Position numbers and translations under genes: made by a program. The notes below the pieces were generated by a model, which worked only from the letters and a program-made list of their open reading frames with translations, did not search any database and had not been told where the DNA came from. From assembly GCA_004022145.1 (NCBI GenBank), contig RCNU01000022.1: a DNA stretch of 30,508 bases. The stretch is one strand, 5' to 3'. This document shows, piece by piece, positions 1 to 11,212 of this stretch (position 1 is its first letter; each line of letters opens with the position of its first letter). The DNA comes from Paecilomyces variotii (Eukaryota).

Positions 1-358
1 CACTCGGCTCGCAGAGCACTTTGTAAACGCGTAATTTCGTTGAAAGCATCATTGAGGGTTTCATGTAGATTCGTTTCAGCTTGCAGCGCAGCAGTAGTAC
101 TGGCGTCTGCGATTTCCAACTGGCTTCGCAGCCCATCGTTATCGGCTTCCAGAAGCACTTGTTCAACGCGTAGCGTCCGAAGACTGTCGTTAGCGATAAG
201 CTGCTTTGTCAAAGCGAGTGATTTCTCAAAGGTTAGTTCAAGCTGCGCTGTCCTTAGAGACACCTGACACTGTATAAGCAACAAGCAACTGTTATGATGC
301 TGAATATGCGGCATACCTCATTAGTGATAGCATCTGGATACTCAATAGCATGTGCCAT
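1..358 (-). CDS. 5' part of a coiled-coil-like hypothetical protein; runs off the left edge
   Basis: ATG at 358-356; exon 1 358-317 (MAHAIEYPDAITNE); GTATGC...CAG intron 316-264 (an in-frame alternative CAG lies 6 nt earlier); exon 2 is open to base 1 (VSLRTAQLELTFEKSLALTKQLIANDSLRTLRVEQVLLEADNDGLRSQLE...), rich in L/E/Q heptads. Confidence 0.7.
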
Positions 359-835
359 AGTGGCGGGGTAAGACCCAATGAATAAAAAAATGATTATTGC
401 AGCGACATAGGCTGCTAATACTTGTGATTTAGCAAACCTTGTTTAGCATATATGCAATAGAGTACAAGATTCAATTACTCTGGTAGTTCTTGAAATGTCA
501 CGGGTAAACAAAATCCCCGGATTTTCTACAGTAGTGTAACCTAGAGAGACTAGGTACGCACATCGGATACCAGATCGGATAGGGAAAAGAAAGAGAAATT
601 TTAGAGGGTGCTCTATCAAACTTGATTGAGTTTATTTCCTGAATAATAGAAAATAATTTGAATTAGCCATCTGAGGACTTCTATCTTAGGACCCTGAGTC
701 CGCAAATCATAAGCCTTCCGTGCACGGTTGCCCCAGGCCTTAGGTATTTATCCTCGCGACATTTGGACATTATTCAACCTCGCGAACCGGCATCCCTCGT
801 CTTTAGATTACTGCATAAGAAGCGCAACGGCAGCG

Positions 836-2656
836 ATGGCATCCAAACGCAGGAGCATCGATGGAATTCTAGCTTCATCAGCGTCGGGAACAAGCTTACT
901 CGTTCTAATCCAAATATTTTCCAAGGGTGTGACATTTGCCGCAAATCAAGTTCTCTTACGAAACATCTCCCCAACGACATTGGGGATATCAATGCACCTC
1001 GATCTGTACTCGGTTACCGCACTGTACTTTTCTAGAGAGAGCATCAGAATTGCGATACAGAGACAACCACCAGATGATCTCACCACCAAAGAAGCGGTTT
1101 CCGTCTCAGATAACGGTCAAGCTTCGGAGCTGAAGCATCAAGCTCGAGATGCAGATGCCGCGTTAGCGTCCAAAAACAGGGCTTCCCAAGTCATTGTGAA
1201 TATGTCTTATGTGTGTCTGGGACTTGGGTTTCCACTTGTCTACTTGCTTGCTACCAGCTATCTCCATGTTGCGCAAAACGAAGTCACGGAATGCCCTTTC
1301 TTTGGAGAGAGTCTCCTTATTATGGGACTTGCTTCACTGCTAGAGCTTGCCACAGAGCCTTTCTTTGCCGTGGTACAGCAACGTATGCTCTACAGAACGC
1401 GGGCGTTAGTTGAAATGATAGCAGCTATCATCAAAAGTCTTCTAACATGTGCCGTTGCTGTCTGGGCCTCTCATGTTGGGCGGGAGGTTGGAGTCTTGCC
1501 AATGGCCCTGGGATATTTAGGCTACTCTCTTGCCCTCATGTCGAGCTATCTTGTTACAATGCTTCCAGTCTCTCGCCAGGAAAACTTCTCCTTCTGTCTC
1601 GTTCCTGTGGATTCAAGGTATGTCCCTTACTACTGCTTTCTTCCAATAAACTCAGGTGGTTGACTCCGAAGTGATGGAACGCATTATCTGGCAAGCCGAT
1701 TTTCACAGCCCCTGGTGTCACTGGGGGCTAGTGCCTTCTTTCAATCTGTTGTAAAGCACATACTCACCCAAGGTGATTCCATGATCCTTGCGGCAATGTC
1801 CAGTCTGGAAGATCAAGGAGTATATACGTTTGCATCTAATTACGGTGGTTTGATTGCGCGCATAATCTTTCAGCCCGTCGAAGATAGCAGTCGCAATCTA
1901 TTTTCCAAACTTCTGGCTTTTGGGAACAATTCAAAACCGGATCCTGAAGCCCTGGCAGCGGCTAAAGCCCATTTAATTGATATTATCCACGTATACTGGA
2001 TACTAACCATTTTAGCATTTGTCCTCGGCCCAACTTTTCTGCCTTTGATCCTGCATCTCTTGACTGGGTCTCGATGGGCATCACCAAAAGTTGATAGTCT
2101 GCTCTCGGTATACTGCTACTATATCGCATTCCTGGCCTTCAATGGGATCACGGAAGCTTTCGTGTCATCGGCCGCTGACTCTCGAGAGTTGAGGCGACAA
2201 ACAATATGGATGAGCTTCTTCTCTGCCTGCTTTGCAGCTGCGGCCTTCTTTTTTCTCAACGTTGGCGGACTGGGTGCCAATGGATTAGTATGGACTAACA
2301 TTGTCAACATGTCTCTACGGATAACCTGGAGCTATTTCTTCATTAAGTCATACTTTGGCCGTCACGGAATTAGCTTGAATCTATCGGAAATAAGTCTCGG
2401 ATATCACACTTATGGCGCAGCAATGGTTATGCTATCTGTTATGCATGCTGCCCAGTATCGACAAGGGACAGGTCTCTCAGGGCTTATAAAAGCAATTGGC
2501 TCCGGGATAGTTTTCACAGCTGTGATGTGAGTTAATCTATCTATGAGGTCACGTGTTCCTTTCTAACAACATGGCAGATTCTATCTTGAGAGAAATTTTA
2601 TAATCAAGAAATACATGGCTATCCGTGGAATGAGAAGCCTGCAGGGATCAAATTAG
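836..2656 (+). CDS. RFT1: Rft1 Man5GlcNAc2-PP-dolichol translocation protein, 3 exons (836-1617, 1672-2526, 2578-2656)
   Basis: Rft1-like motifs LIQIFSKGVTFAANQ, FSRESIRIAIQR, KHILTQGD, QGVYTFASNYGGLIARIIFQPVEDSSR and YCYYIAFLAFNGITEAF. Introns GTATGT..AAG (1618-1671) and GTGAGT..CTAAC..CAG (2527-2577) join the frames. Ends IFYLERNF...SN*. Confidence 0.93.
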
Positions 2657-2679
2657 GAAAATAGCAGATTGGTAGAAAT

Positions 2680-4313
2680 TCAGTCATCAAATGTGATCTT
2701 GGTTGCCGTCTTTCCCGTGTCAACATCTTTAAAAAATGCGCCATATGCATCATGCTGCTTCTTCTTGACTGTCGTACCGAACTTCAGTAATTCATCAGGC
2801 ACGTGCTGGTTCGCTGCTTTTAGGACATTTATCAATCTGAAATTTTAGCGCTGTTAGTCGATTCTGTGTTAGTATAGGAATGTCCGGAAATGAACTTACG
2901 CTCCCGATAGAGCTTTGTCGTTTTCAGTGAACAAAGTGATAGCATGGCCCTCAGCCCCGGCTCGCCCAGTACTGAAAATAAGGTTAGCTTATTCGTTATG
3001 CAAGTGCCTTGTACCATTACATACCGTCCAATGCGGTGAACATAGTCCTCGACAGTTAGCGGAAAGGTAACATTGAGGACCAATTTCACGGCAGGTATAT
3101 CAAGACCTCGGGCTGCAACATCCGTGGCAACGAGGATGTTGACGGAACCAGTTTTGAAAGCCTCTAGACTTTTGAACCTCTCTTGCTGACTCAAGTCGCC
3201 GTGAATGCCAGCTACTGTGAATCCTCTTGATCGTATAAATCGTTCAATCCTCATCGCCTCCTTCTTGTACAGACAAAAGACCAAGGTCTTGTTCGCACTG
3301 CCCTTTCCTCCACCGTGCTGATTCAGTAGTTGTAAGAGTCTGTTCTCTTTATCACGAGGATCAAGAACCTCCACGACCTGCTTTATTCTGGTATTCGCAC
3401 GAGGATCCGCTGATGGTTCACCGCCGATAGTGACCGTGACAGGCGACTTGGTAAATGTGGCGGCAAGGTTTCGAACCGAGGGGGGCCATGTCGCAGTAAA
3501 CATAACGGTCTGACGCTTAGAGACAGGCATAAGACTGATTATGTCTTTGATATCTTGCTCAAAACCCTTGTCTAGCATACGATCTGCTTCGTCTAGTACT
3601 AAGTACTTGACTCTCCCGAGATCCACTGCACCTTCATCTTGCAAATCTTTCAAGCGACCCGGGGTAGCAACGACGACGGATGCCTTCTTCAAGGCACTTC
3701 GTTGTTCGTCTTTCCTAACGCCTCCAAAAATACAAGTGATCTCAACATGAGCCTTGCCAGAAAGCTTCAATAGCTGATCATGGATCTGCATGGCTAGCTC
3801 TCTTGTGGGTGTGATGATCACGGCCCGGGGACGGGCGCCTTTTCCTCCCTTTTTCGAATCAACGATGTTCTTGATGCAAGGCAAACCAAAGGCCATGGTC
3901 TTTCCGCTTCCAGTCTCGGCGACACCGATGACATCGCGGCCTGCAAACAGGAAAGGCCATGTTACTGACTGGATAGGCGTTGGTGCAGAGAATCCTTTGA
4001 GAGCTTGGTAAAGGTCACCCTCGCAGGTGGGGAGGTGATCAAACGAAATTAGAGGTCGCAGTGATTGTCTCTCCGGCGAAGATTCCGCTTCCGAGTCGGT
4101 GATTTTGATCGAATTTGAGCTCAGGAACTGGTCTATCTCGGACTGCGGCAAAGCAGAAAGCGCAGCAGATTGCACGTAAGGATTGCGCTTCGATGGCGCA
4201 TTCTCATTTTCATCGGACGTTTCTTTTTTCTTTTTGGCGTCTTTGTCTGTTCTCGACTTCTTCTTTGGAGGCAGCTCTGGAGCAGACCCCTGAGGGGAGT
4301 GTCGTTTGCCCAT
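2680..4313 (-). CDS. DBP3: DEAD-box RNA helicase Dbp3 (60S biogenesis), 3 exons (4313-3025, 2971-2900, 2836-2680)
   Basis: Q motif [46 protein letters not shown], and HRIGR|TGRAG across an intron. The C-terminus [36 protein letters not shown] is typical of Dbp3. Confidence 0.95.
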
Positions 4314-4346
4314 GAGGAGAACCAGCAGTAAGTTACGATAAGATTA

Positions 4347-4374
4347 GAAAGAAAGAAAGAAAGAAAGAAAGAAA
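4347..4374. repeat. (GAAA)7 microsatellite just upstream of DBP3
   Basis: Seven direct GAAA units. Confidence 0.9.
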
Positions 4375-4393
4375 CTGAACGCTTCTTGGGAGA

Positions 4394-4404
4394 GAAAAAA
4401 TTTT
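4394..4404. promoter_or_regulatory. RRPE-like element GAAAAAATTTT upstream of DBP3
   Basis: Matches the AAAWTTTT rRNA-processing element about 80-90 nt upstream of a ribosome-biogenesis gene. Function is inferred. Confidence 0.5.
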
Positions 4405-4908
4405 CCCTTTTTTGGTAACTGATAACGGACTGAGAAGGGCGGCTTCCGACTAGCCTTCCTAAATCTTACATTAAGCTAGCCTAAATAGCAGTAGCGGTTC
4501 CGACGTCGATCGTTTAACCAACTTTAACTATTAATATTAATCTATTATTCTACATAAGTATAGACTCCTACAGCTGCCTTTTACGAGTTGCATCAATTGA
4601 TATATATGTATGTATATATATAGATATATATACAGTTATTATATTGCTACTCAGTTAAGTAATTAATTTTTTAGTATCTATTTTCCAGAAACACTACTGT
4701 ATATAAGGTAAAATTCGTAGTGTAACTTAGCGCAAAATTATCAAGCTACTATTATCCTTTTGACTACGCTAAATAAACATAACATTGGAGATGTTGTCCG
4801 TAGATAGTAATATTACTAGGTCACAAGGGAATTTGCCATTTTGCATAATACTACTCAATGACCCTGGGTCAGTTTAACTTAGCCAGCCAGGTATGTAATA
4901 TCAGAGGG

Positions 4909-6091
4909 CTAATCTATAGTACAGATGATCTTCCCCTTTGTACGGTTACTCTCGAGCAACTTATGCGCCTCCACGACTTGCTCGAAGGGAAAGGTTTTCT
5001 CGACGAAGATCTTGAAAGTGCCATCCCTGAATTTCGGCAGCGCATGTTCCACCAGTAAATCGCGCAGTTTCTTCTGGTACTGCTCATCTCGGCTCCTCAA
5101 CGTGCTGCCTTCGAATCTCAACCTCTTTCTGATGAAGCCGCTAATGTCAACACCGGCCGGCAGTGTCGAACCACTCATCTGTCCAAGCTCCACAATGCGT
5201 CCATCCCGGGCGGTTACGTCGAGGTTTCCTTGGAAATGAGCGGCTCCAACAAAATCAATAACCAGATCAACGCCCCGACCATTGGTCGCTTTTTGTATTT
5301 CCGATGCCCAATCCTGTGTTCGATAGTTATAACCGGCGGTCGCTCCAAGTTTATCCACGCAAAAGTCAATCTTCTCTTGCGATCCGGCGGTCACATAGAT
5401 AGCGCTTGCATTATCAGCCTTCGATAGCTGGATACCAGCTATTGAGACTGAAGAGGCACCGGCGTGCCAGAGTATCGACCGGCCTGGCTCAAACCCGCCA
5501 ACCAAATACATCGCTTGCGTGGCTGTTATCCACGTCTACTGGTACATGCGGATTAGTGATAATATAAACATAGCCGGTGAAAGGGGTTACTGCCTCTGGT
5601 ATTCCTGCAGTCTCTTCCCAGGACAATTCCGCGGGTTTATGAATGAGCATGGCGACGGATACTGCAATGTACTCCGCATAGGCACCTAGAATGTATAATG
5701 TCTCAACTCGATGCGCCGCAATAAGCGCTCAGGGTAAAAAGGCTAGACGGACCACCATAAGCCAAACCAAAGACATTATCGCCGATTGCGAAATCTTTTC
5801 CATCATAGTCACCAAAGCTTTCAATGGTTCCCGAAAACTCGACACCTAATGTACTGGGCGCCTGCGGCGGTACTGGATACTGGCCTTCACGCTGTAGCAA
5901 ATCCATGCGATTCAAACCGAACGCCTTCACTTTAACGAGCGCCTGGTTGCTACCAGGTACAGGAACGGGGATGGTGTCGACGAATAGTGCATCTGCCGGT
6001 CCCTTTCCACCCTTTATGCCTGTTGTAGAATGAGCAAATGAGCCTTCAGGGTCTAACAAAACTTACTAATTGCCCTCATTGTCCGTGCCAT
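4909..6091 (-). CDS. NADPH:quinone oxidoreductase, PIG3/zeta-crystallin (MDR) family, 4 exons (6091-6067, 6019-5753, 5685-~5591, 5535-4909)
   Basis: Spliced product MARTMRAISIKGGKGPADAL..VKVKAFGLNRMDLLQREGQYP..LGVEFSG..GLAYGGAYAEYI..GIPE(A)TWITATQA..HAGASSVSIAGIQL..GSTLRSR..KGKII. Introns GTAAGT..CAG, GTCCGT..TAG and GTAACC..TAG. Confidence 0.9.
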
Positions 6092-6670
6092 GTTGGAGAC
6101 AGCTGGTTGCGCAAAACAATTGGGATACGTCAAACGGTCTTGACTTTCCAGAGAGCTCGGAGTATTCGGAAAGATCGGGGAGAATAATAACAGTTTGGCG
6201 GGGGCAGTTCAACGTGACCCCGCATTATATAAGCCTACAATTTAACTAACTACATAGTTAGTTAACTAACTAACAGTTACCAAGAGCGGCAAAGGGTTTT
6301 ATATACTTTACATAATTTATCTTCTGAAGAGTTTAAGGTTTATACTTTATTCTATATGTATTTATATTTGTATATTATTTCTATTTTCTATAACTTTCTT
6401 TGTAGTGCAATAGGTATCTTAGTAGTTTACACCGTTGTGAACCACATAACTACAGTAGTAGTGGGTAGTTACTGGTAGACTGTTCGGATTATTAAATGCC
6501 GGACCCGACGCGGCCATAGCTCCAGGACACCTGTACACATCAATCAGTGTACGCTCCGAAGGACAATAGCAAGGGCAGTATCGGTCACATCAATCACTTT
6601 ACAACTCCCCCCTCCAGCCAGTGGGGTAACAAGTGTACAATACGAGTCCCATGGGATCAATCTGCCTACA

Positions 6671-7834
6671 ATGAAGTTGTTCCTTTTGGTCATTGCAGTC
6701 TTCCAGCTCTGCGGTTTCGCGTTCTGCGCAGGACCCGAGCTGGACAAATTCAGCAAATATCAAGCACAAGCCCGCAACGGTCACATCACGTTGGACGATT
6801 CTACGTACGAAGAGATTACCTCCAAACCTCGCGACTACCATGCTGCTATCCTTTTGACCGCCGTGGAGGCTCGATACGGCTGTACATTATGCCGTGATTT
6901 CCAGCCAGAATGGGAACTTGTTGCCCGGAGCTGGAACAAGGGCGCCAAGGCTGAAGATATGAAGTTGCTATTTAGCACATTGGATTTCACTAATGGGCGA
7001 CAAGCTTTTCAGAAGGTATCTCACCTCCTCCATCCAGGTCATGATAGGGTCTAACGACTAGTGAAGCTGATGCTACAAACTGCGCCCGTGGTTCTCCTTT
7101 TCCCGCCAACAATTGGACCATTTGCTCAAGTAGACGGGTCACCATTCAGGCTTGATTTTAGCGGGTGAGAACTCACATCTTCATTGCATGACCAGAGTCA
7201 GATGCTGACAATTCATTTTTCAGACCTGTATCTGCAGAGCAAGTTTACGCATGGATCAGCCGTCACCTTCCGGAGGGTAACAAACCACCACTGGTGCGGC
7301 CTGTCAACTACATGCGTCTTGTATCCGTACTCGGGATTTTGATGGGTACCCTCTCATTGCTGGCGGTCACGTCTCCTTACGTCGTACCTATCATCCGGAA
7401 TCGAAACCTTTGGGCCGCCATAAGTCTTATTGCAATCCTTCTCTTCACTAGCGGACATATGTTCAACCATATTCGCAAAGTCCCTTACGTTGCTGGTGAC
7501 GGAAGAGGGGGAATTAGCTATTTCGCCGGTGGCTTTTCAAACCAATTCGGAATGGAGACCCAGATAATCGCAGCGATCTGTAAGTGGCTCGCTCCCCAGC
7601 CTGCCTTCAATTCCGTCCCCCGCTTGGAACTATCCACTAACGGTGTTCCTAGATGGAATTTTGTCTTTTGCGACTATTGCTCTAGCGTTAAAGGTGCCCC
7701 GTATGTCGGATACAAAGGCTCAACAACTGGCTGTAGTTATCTGGGGGGTTATATTGCTTGGAGTCTATAGCTTTCTCCTCAGTGTTTTCAGGATAAAAAA
7801 TGGCGGCTATCCGTTCTTTTTGCCGCCATTTTAG
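6671..7834 (+). CDS. OST3: Oligosaccharyltransferase gamma subunit, OST3/OST6 family, 4 exons (6671-7015, 7067-7164, 7224-7579, 7653-7834)
   Basis: Signal peptide, thioredoxin-like CTLC, SGHMFNHIRKVPY, FSNQFGMETQIIAAIYG and C-terminal FRIKNGGYPFFLPPF. Three introns with CTAAC/CTGAC branch sites keep the frame. Confidence 0.92.
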
Positions 7835-8041
7835 GATTCCTACTAATGGTAGAGTACTAGAGCGCTAACTATAAGATTACATGAATAGAAGAAATCATTC
7901 AGAAATATTAAGAACAACAATAGTAACACCAGTAGCTTAGAAGTGCTTCTATACTGTGTGTATTGGGAAGTCACTCATTTTACTTTCCCTCGGCTCATTC
8001 AGGCTTATATAGCGTGCTAAGGACTGAGTACATATCAAATA

Positions 8042-8143
8042 GGCAAGGTGGCCGAGTGGTCTAAGGCGCACGGTTCAGGTTTCACCTGATCCATCACATT
8101 CCGTGTCATGAAAATGGCGTGGGTTCGAATCCCACCCTTGTCA
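8042..8143 (+). tRNA. tRNA-Leu(CAG) with a 20-nt intron (8080-8099)
   Basis: Acceptor stem GGCAAGG/CCTTGTC plus discriminator A; D arm TGGCCGAGTGGTCTAAGGCG; anticodon stem CACGG/CCGTG with TT-CAG-G (CAG at 8076-8078); long variable arm; T arm GTGGGTTCGAATCCCAC; TTTTT Pol III terminator at 8148-8152. Confidence 0.95.
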
Positions 8144-8279
8144 TATGTTTTTGTCTCTTATAATATTATTATAAAATTTTTTTTTTATAAAATTATATAT
8201 ATAATATAATATTTATTTATATTTTATTATTAAATAAATATTGTTTAACTTATTTTAAAAGCTAGCTTTTTTAAAAAAA

Positions 8280-8565
8280 ATTTAATTTAAATTAATTTTA
8301 ATATAATATTTAAATAAAGTAAAAGAATTTAAAGATAAAAGATATTTTAGCTATTTTAAAAGAGATAAGAGCTTAATTTTAAGCTAAATTAATTAATATA
8401 TTTCTTATAAGAAATAAATAAATTATTAAATATTTTTTAAGAAGTTCTTTTTATTATTTTTTAATATTTCTTAAAGCCTTTAATTTATTTATTAATAATA
8501 AAAAATAATAAATATAATTATTAAACTTTATAAAGAAATTTAATCTTTAAAAAATAAATAATTAA
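8280..8565 (+). mobile_element. Older Copia-related gag fragment
   Basis: 8323-8425 (aagaatttaaagataaaagatattttagctattttaaaagagataag) resembles the sequence from about 10280 on. 8520-8565 resembles the segment at about 17930-17975. Confidence 0.5.
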
Positions 8566-9281
8566 AGTATTATAAAATAGTAATTAAAATTAATAAAAGA
8601 AAATTATATAATTAATATAATTTTACTTTAATAAAATTAAAGCTTTAAGAAAAACTTATTTTTAAATTTTCTTTTTATTAAAGTATAGGCTTAAGAAATA
8701 AGTTAAAATAAATAGAATAAAGTAATTAATACTAGAACTAGCTATAAAATCTTTATTTAGTTAACTTAAGCTAAAAATAAGCTATTATAAATAGACTTAA
8801 TAAATAAAATATAGCTTAAAAGGCTTAAATTTAAATTAAGCTATATATTAAAGATATCTTTATAAGGTTATATAATTTATTATATAAGTATTAACTAATA
8901 AATTCTCTTAAATAATTTATTTCTTATATTAATACTATAATAATATTTTTCTTTTTAAAATTAAGCTTTATTAAAATTATCTTTTAACTTTAACTTATTT
9001 AAATAATAATAATAAGAATTAATAATAATTTTCTAAGTATATTATAAGTAATATATAAGCTCTTTAATTAAGTTATTATAATTTATTAATTATAATATAT
9101 TATTAAAAGTTTAAAATATCTTTAATAACTTATTTTTTAATATAATTAACTTTAATAAATAGTAATAAGGATTATCTTTATTTAAGTATAATATCTTTAA
9201 TAATAAAGTAAAGTAAGCTAATATTAAATATAATATAAATATATATTAAAATAAGTAAGTTAAGCTAATAAATATATAGGC

Positions 9282-9556
9282 TATTATAAAATAGTAGTTA
9301 AGACTAGTAAATTTTAGTATAATAAAGATTTTACTTTAAGAAAATCTTTAGAGATAATTTTACTTTAATAAAATTAAGCAGCTTAGAGAAATTATTTTTT
9401 AAGCCCTATATAAAATCTATTACCTTAATTAAAAAAATATAGATATATACTTTATATCTATTATATATACTAATACTCTTTTTCCTTAAATATTATTAAT
9501 TCTTTAAGCTATTAGATTAATTTAGAGAATTTTATTTAAACCTATTTTTTTTAACT
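9282..9556 (+). repeat. Copia 5' LTR (copy 1)
   Basis: 275-bp direct repeat of 21677-21952 and 22423-22697; starts TATT (RIP of TGTT). Confidence 0.85.
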
Positions 9557-10445
9557 AATTATAAGCTTAAGTTTATAATAGCTTAAGAAAAATAGCTATA
9601 TAATAAAAACTATTTTATCTTAAATATTTAAGTTTAAACTAGTAATAATAAGCTATTCTTATATAAGAGAATTTATAATAAAACTATTCTAATACTATAT
9701 TAAATATTAAATTTAATAGGGGTTAAATCTTATTAAAGGTTAAAATATTAACTTACTATTATTATATTTTTAATAAATAATATTAAAAATAAGAAAAAAA
9801 AACCTATTTTTATTCTTTTAAAGAAAAACTATAAAAAATAGTTTATTTATATAAAAAGATAGCTTATTAATAAAGATTACTAAAGAGCTATTAAGCTTAT
9901 TAAAAAGCTATATAATAATTAGTTTAATAAGGCTAATATAGCTACTTAATACTAGATTACTAAATATTTATTTAAAGATAATTAAAATAAATTTATTAAC
10001 TCTAATAATATATATATATTATAGAAGGCTCTATAAATAAAATATATAAAAACTCTTTTTAGTTAAAAGCGCTAGCTTATTTAATTATTTATATACTTTT
10101 AAATAACTCTTAAATAAATAATCTTAAATACTTAAAGTTAATTATAATAAATAGAAAAGAGAATTATAATATCTAATAATATAATATTTTTTTTAGCTAA
10201 GCTTAAGACTAAAATATAATAACTATTTTTAATATTATTTAAAAAATATATTATAATTAGAATAATAATTAATATATATAAGAATTTAAAAATAGATAAT
10301 ATTCTAGCTATTTTAAAAAAATAAAAACTTAACTTTAAATAAAATTAACTATTATATTCTTAATAAAAAATAAATAAATTCTTATTAAATATTATATCTA
10401 TAAAGAAAATTATTATATTAAAGATTATCTCTTTTTATTTATTAC

Positions 10446-10802
10446 TGTAAAGAGCCGGGGTAAGGAAGCTCTTTATCGGAGGTAACTAGTCGGACTAGTT
10501 AAACAGAATATAAGATAAGAGGTAAAGACGCAGGCGAGTAATAGTCTATATATAGTAGAGTTAAAGATCAGATTCAGTAGTGATCAGAATAAATTGCTAA
10601 TCTGTCTAACTTCTATTCCTTTAGGGGTTATTTATCTATCTATCTGTTCTACTAGGTCATCTAAATAACCTAGTCTTAACAGCTCTATCTATAACTAGCT
10701 GATCTAACTATTATATATAGCTCTAGTTATCTTATCATCTTTTATTATCTATCCTAGGTCTTAGCAGGTCTAGATTAGGTATTATAGCCCTAGTTCATAA
10801 CA
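10446..10802 (-). repeat. Gypsy 3' LTR
   Basis: Colinear, ungapped repeat of 17466-17822. Confidence 0.95.
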
Positions 10803-11212
10803 GTATCCCCCCCTATTAAAAGGCTCGTCCCGAGCTGTGTGAAGTTTATTATATAGATCTAGATATTTGGGCGTAGCTATAATAACAGTAGTAAATTGCT
10901 ATTAAAGCATGCTTATTATGTGAATTTATCTAATAATAGCTTTATTTTAATATTTTCACCTAGGAGATTAAAAGTGTTTCTATTCTTTGTTAATTAACTT
11001 CTGTCCTCCTGCCTATATATTAAACTATCCTTTCCCTAGTTCTGCAGCTTATTTGGTGCTGTTTTTAATAATTTAAACATAGAAATAGCTGACATTTATA
11101 TAGGTATATTAAAAATAGGATTTTTGAATTGTTTTCTTTATAGATCCTGCGCGTGCGCTTAATATAAGTTATAACCCTTCAGGTTTGTATAATAGTGCTA
11201 ATTAATATAACA

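Noticed and set aside
40-267. Plus-strand 75-aa ORF, and similar short ORFs overlapping RFT1, DBP3, the oxidoreductase and OST3
   Set aside because: Antisense or off-frame shadows of better-supported spliced genes.
728-835. N-terminal extension of RFT1 from a TTG start
   Set aside because: A non-ATG start is unlikely in a fungus, and Rft1 similarity begins after the ATG at 836.
8042-8143. CUG codon reassignment (Ser-tRNA CAG)
   Set aside because: U33, G37 and discriminator A fit an ordinary Leu tRNA, and the gene structure is not that of a CTG-clade yeast.
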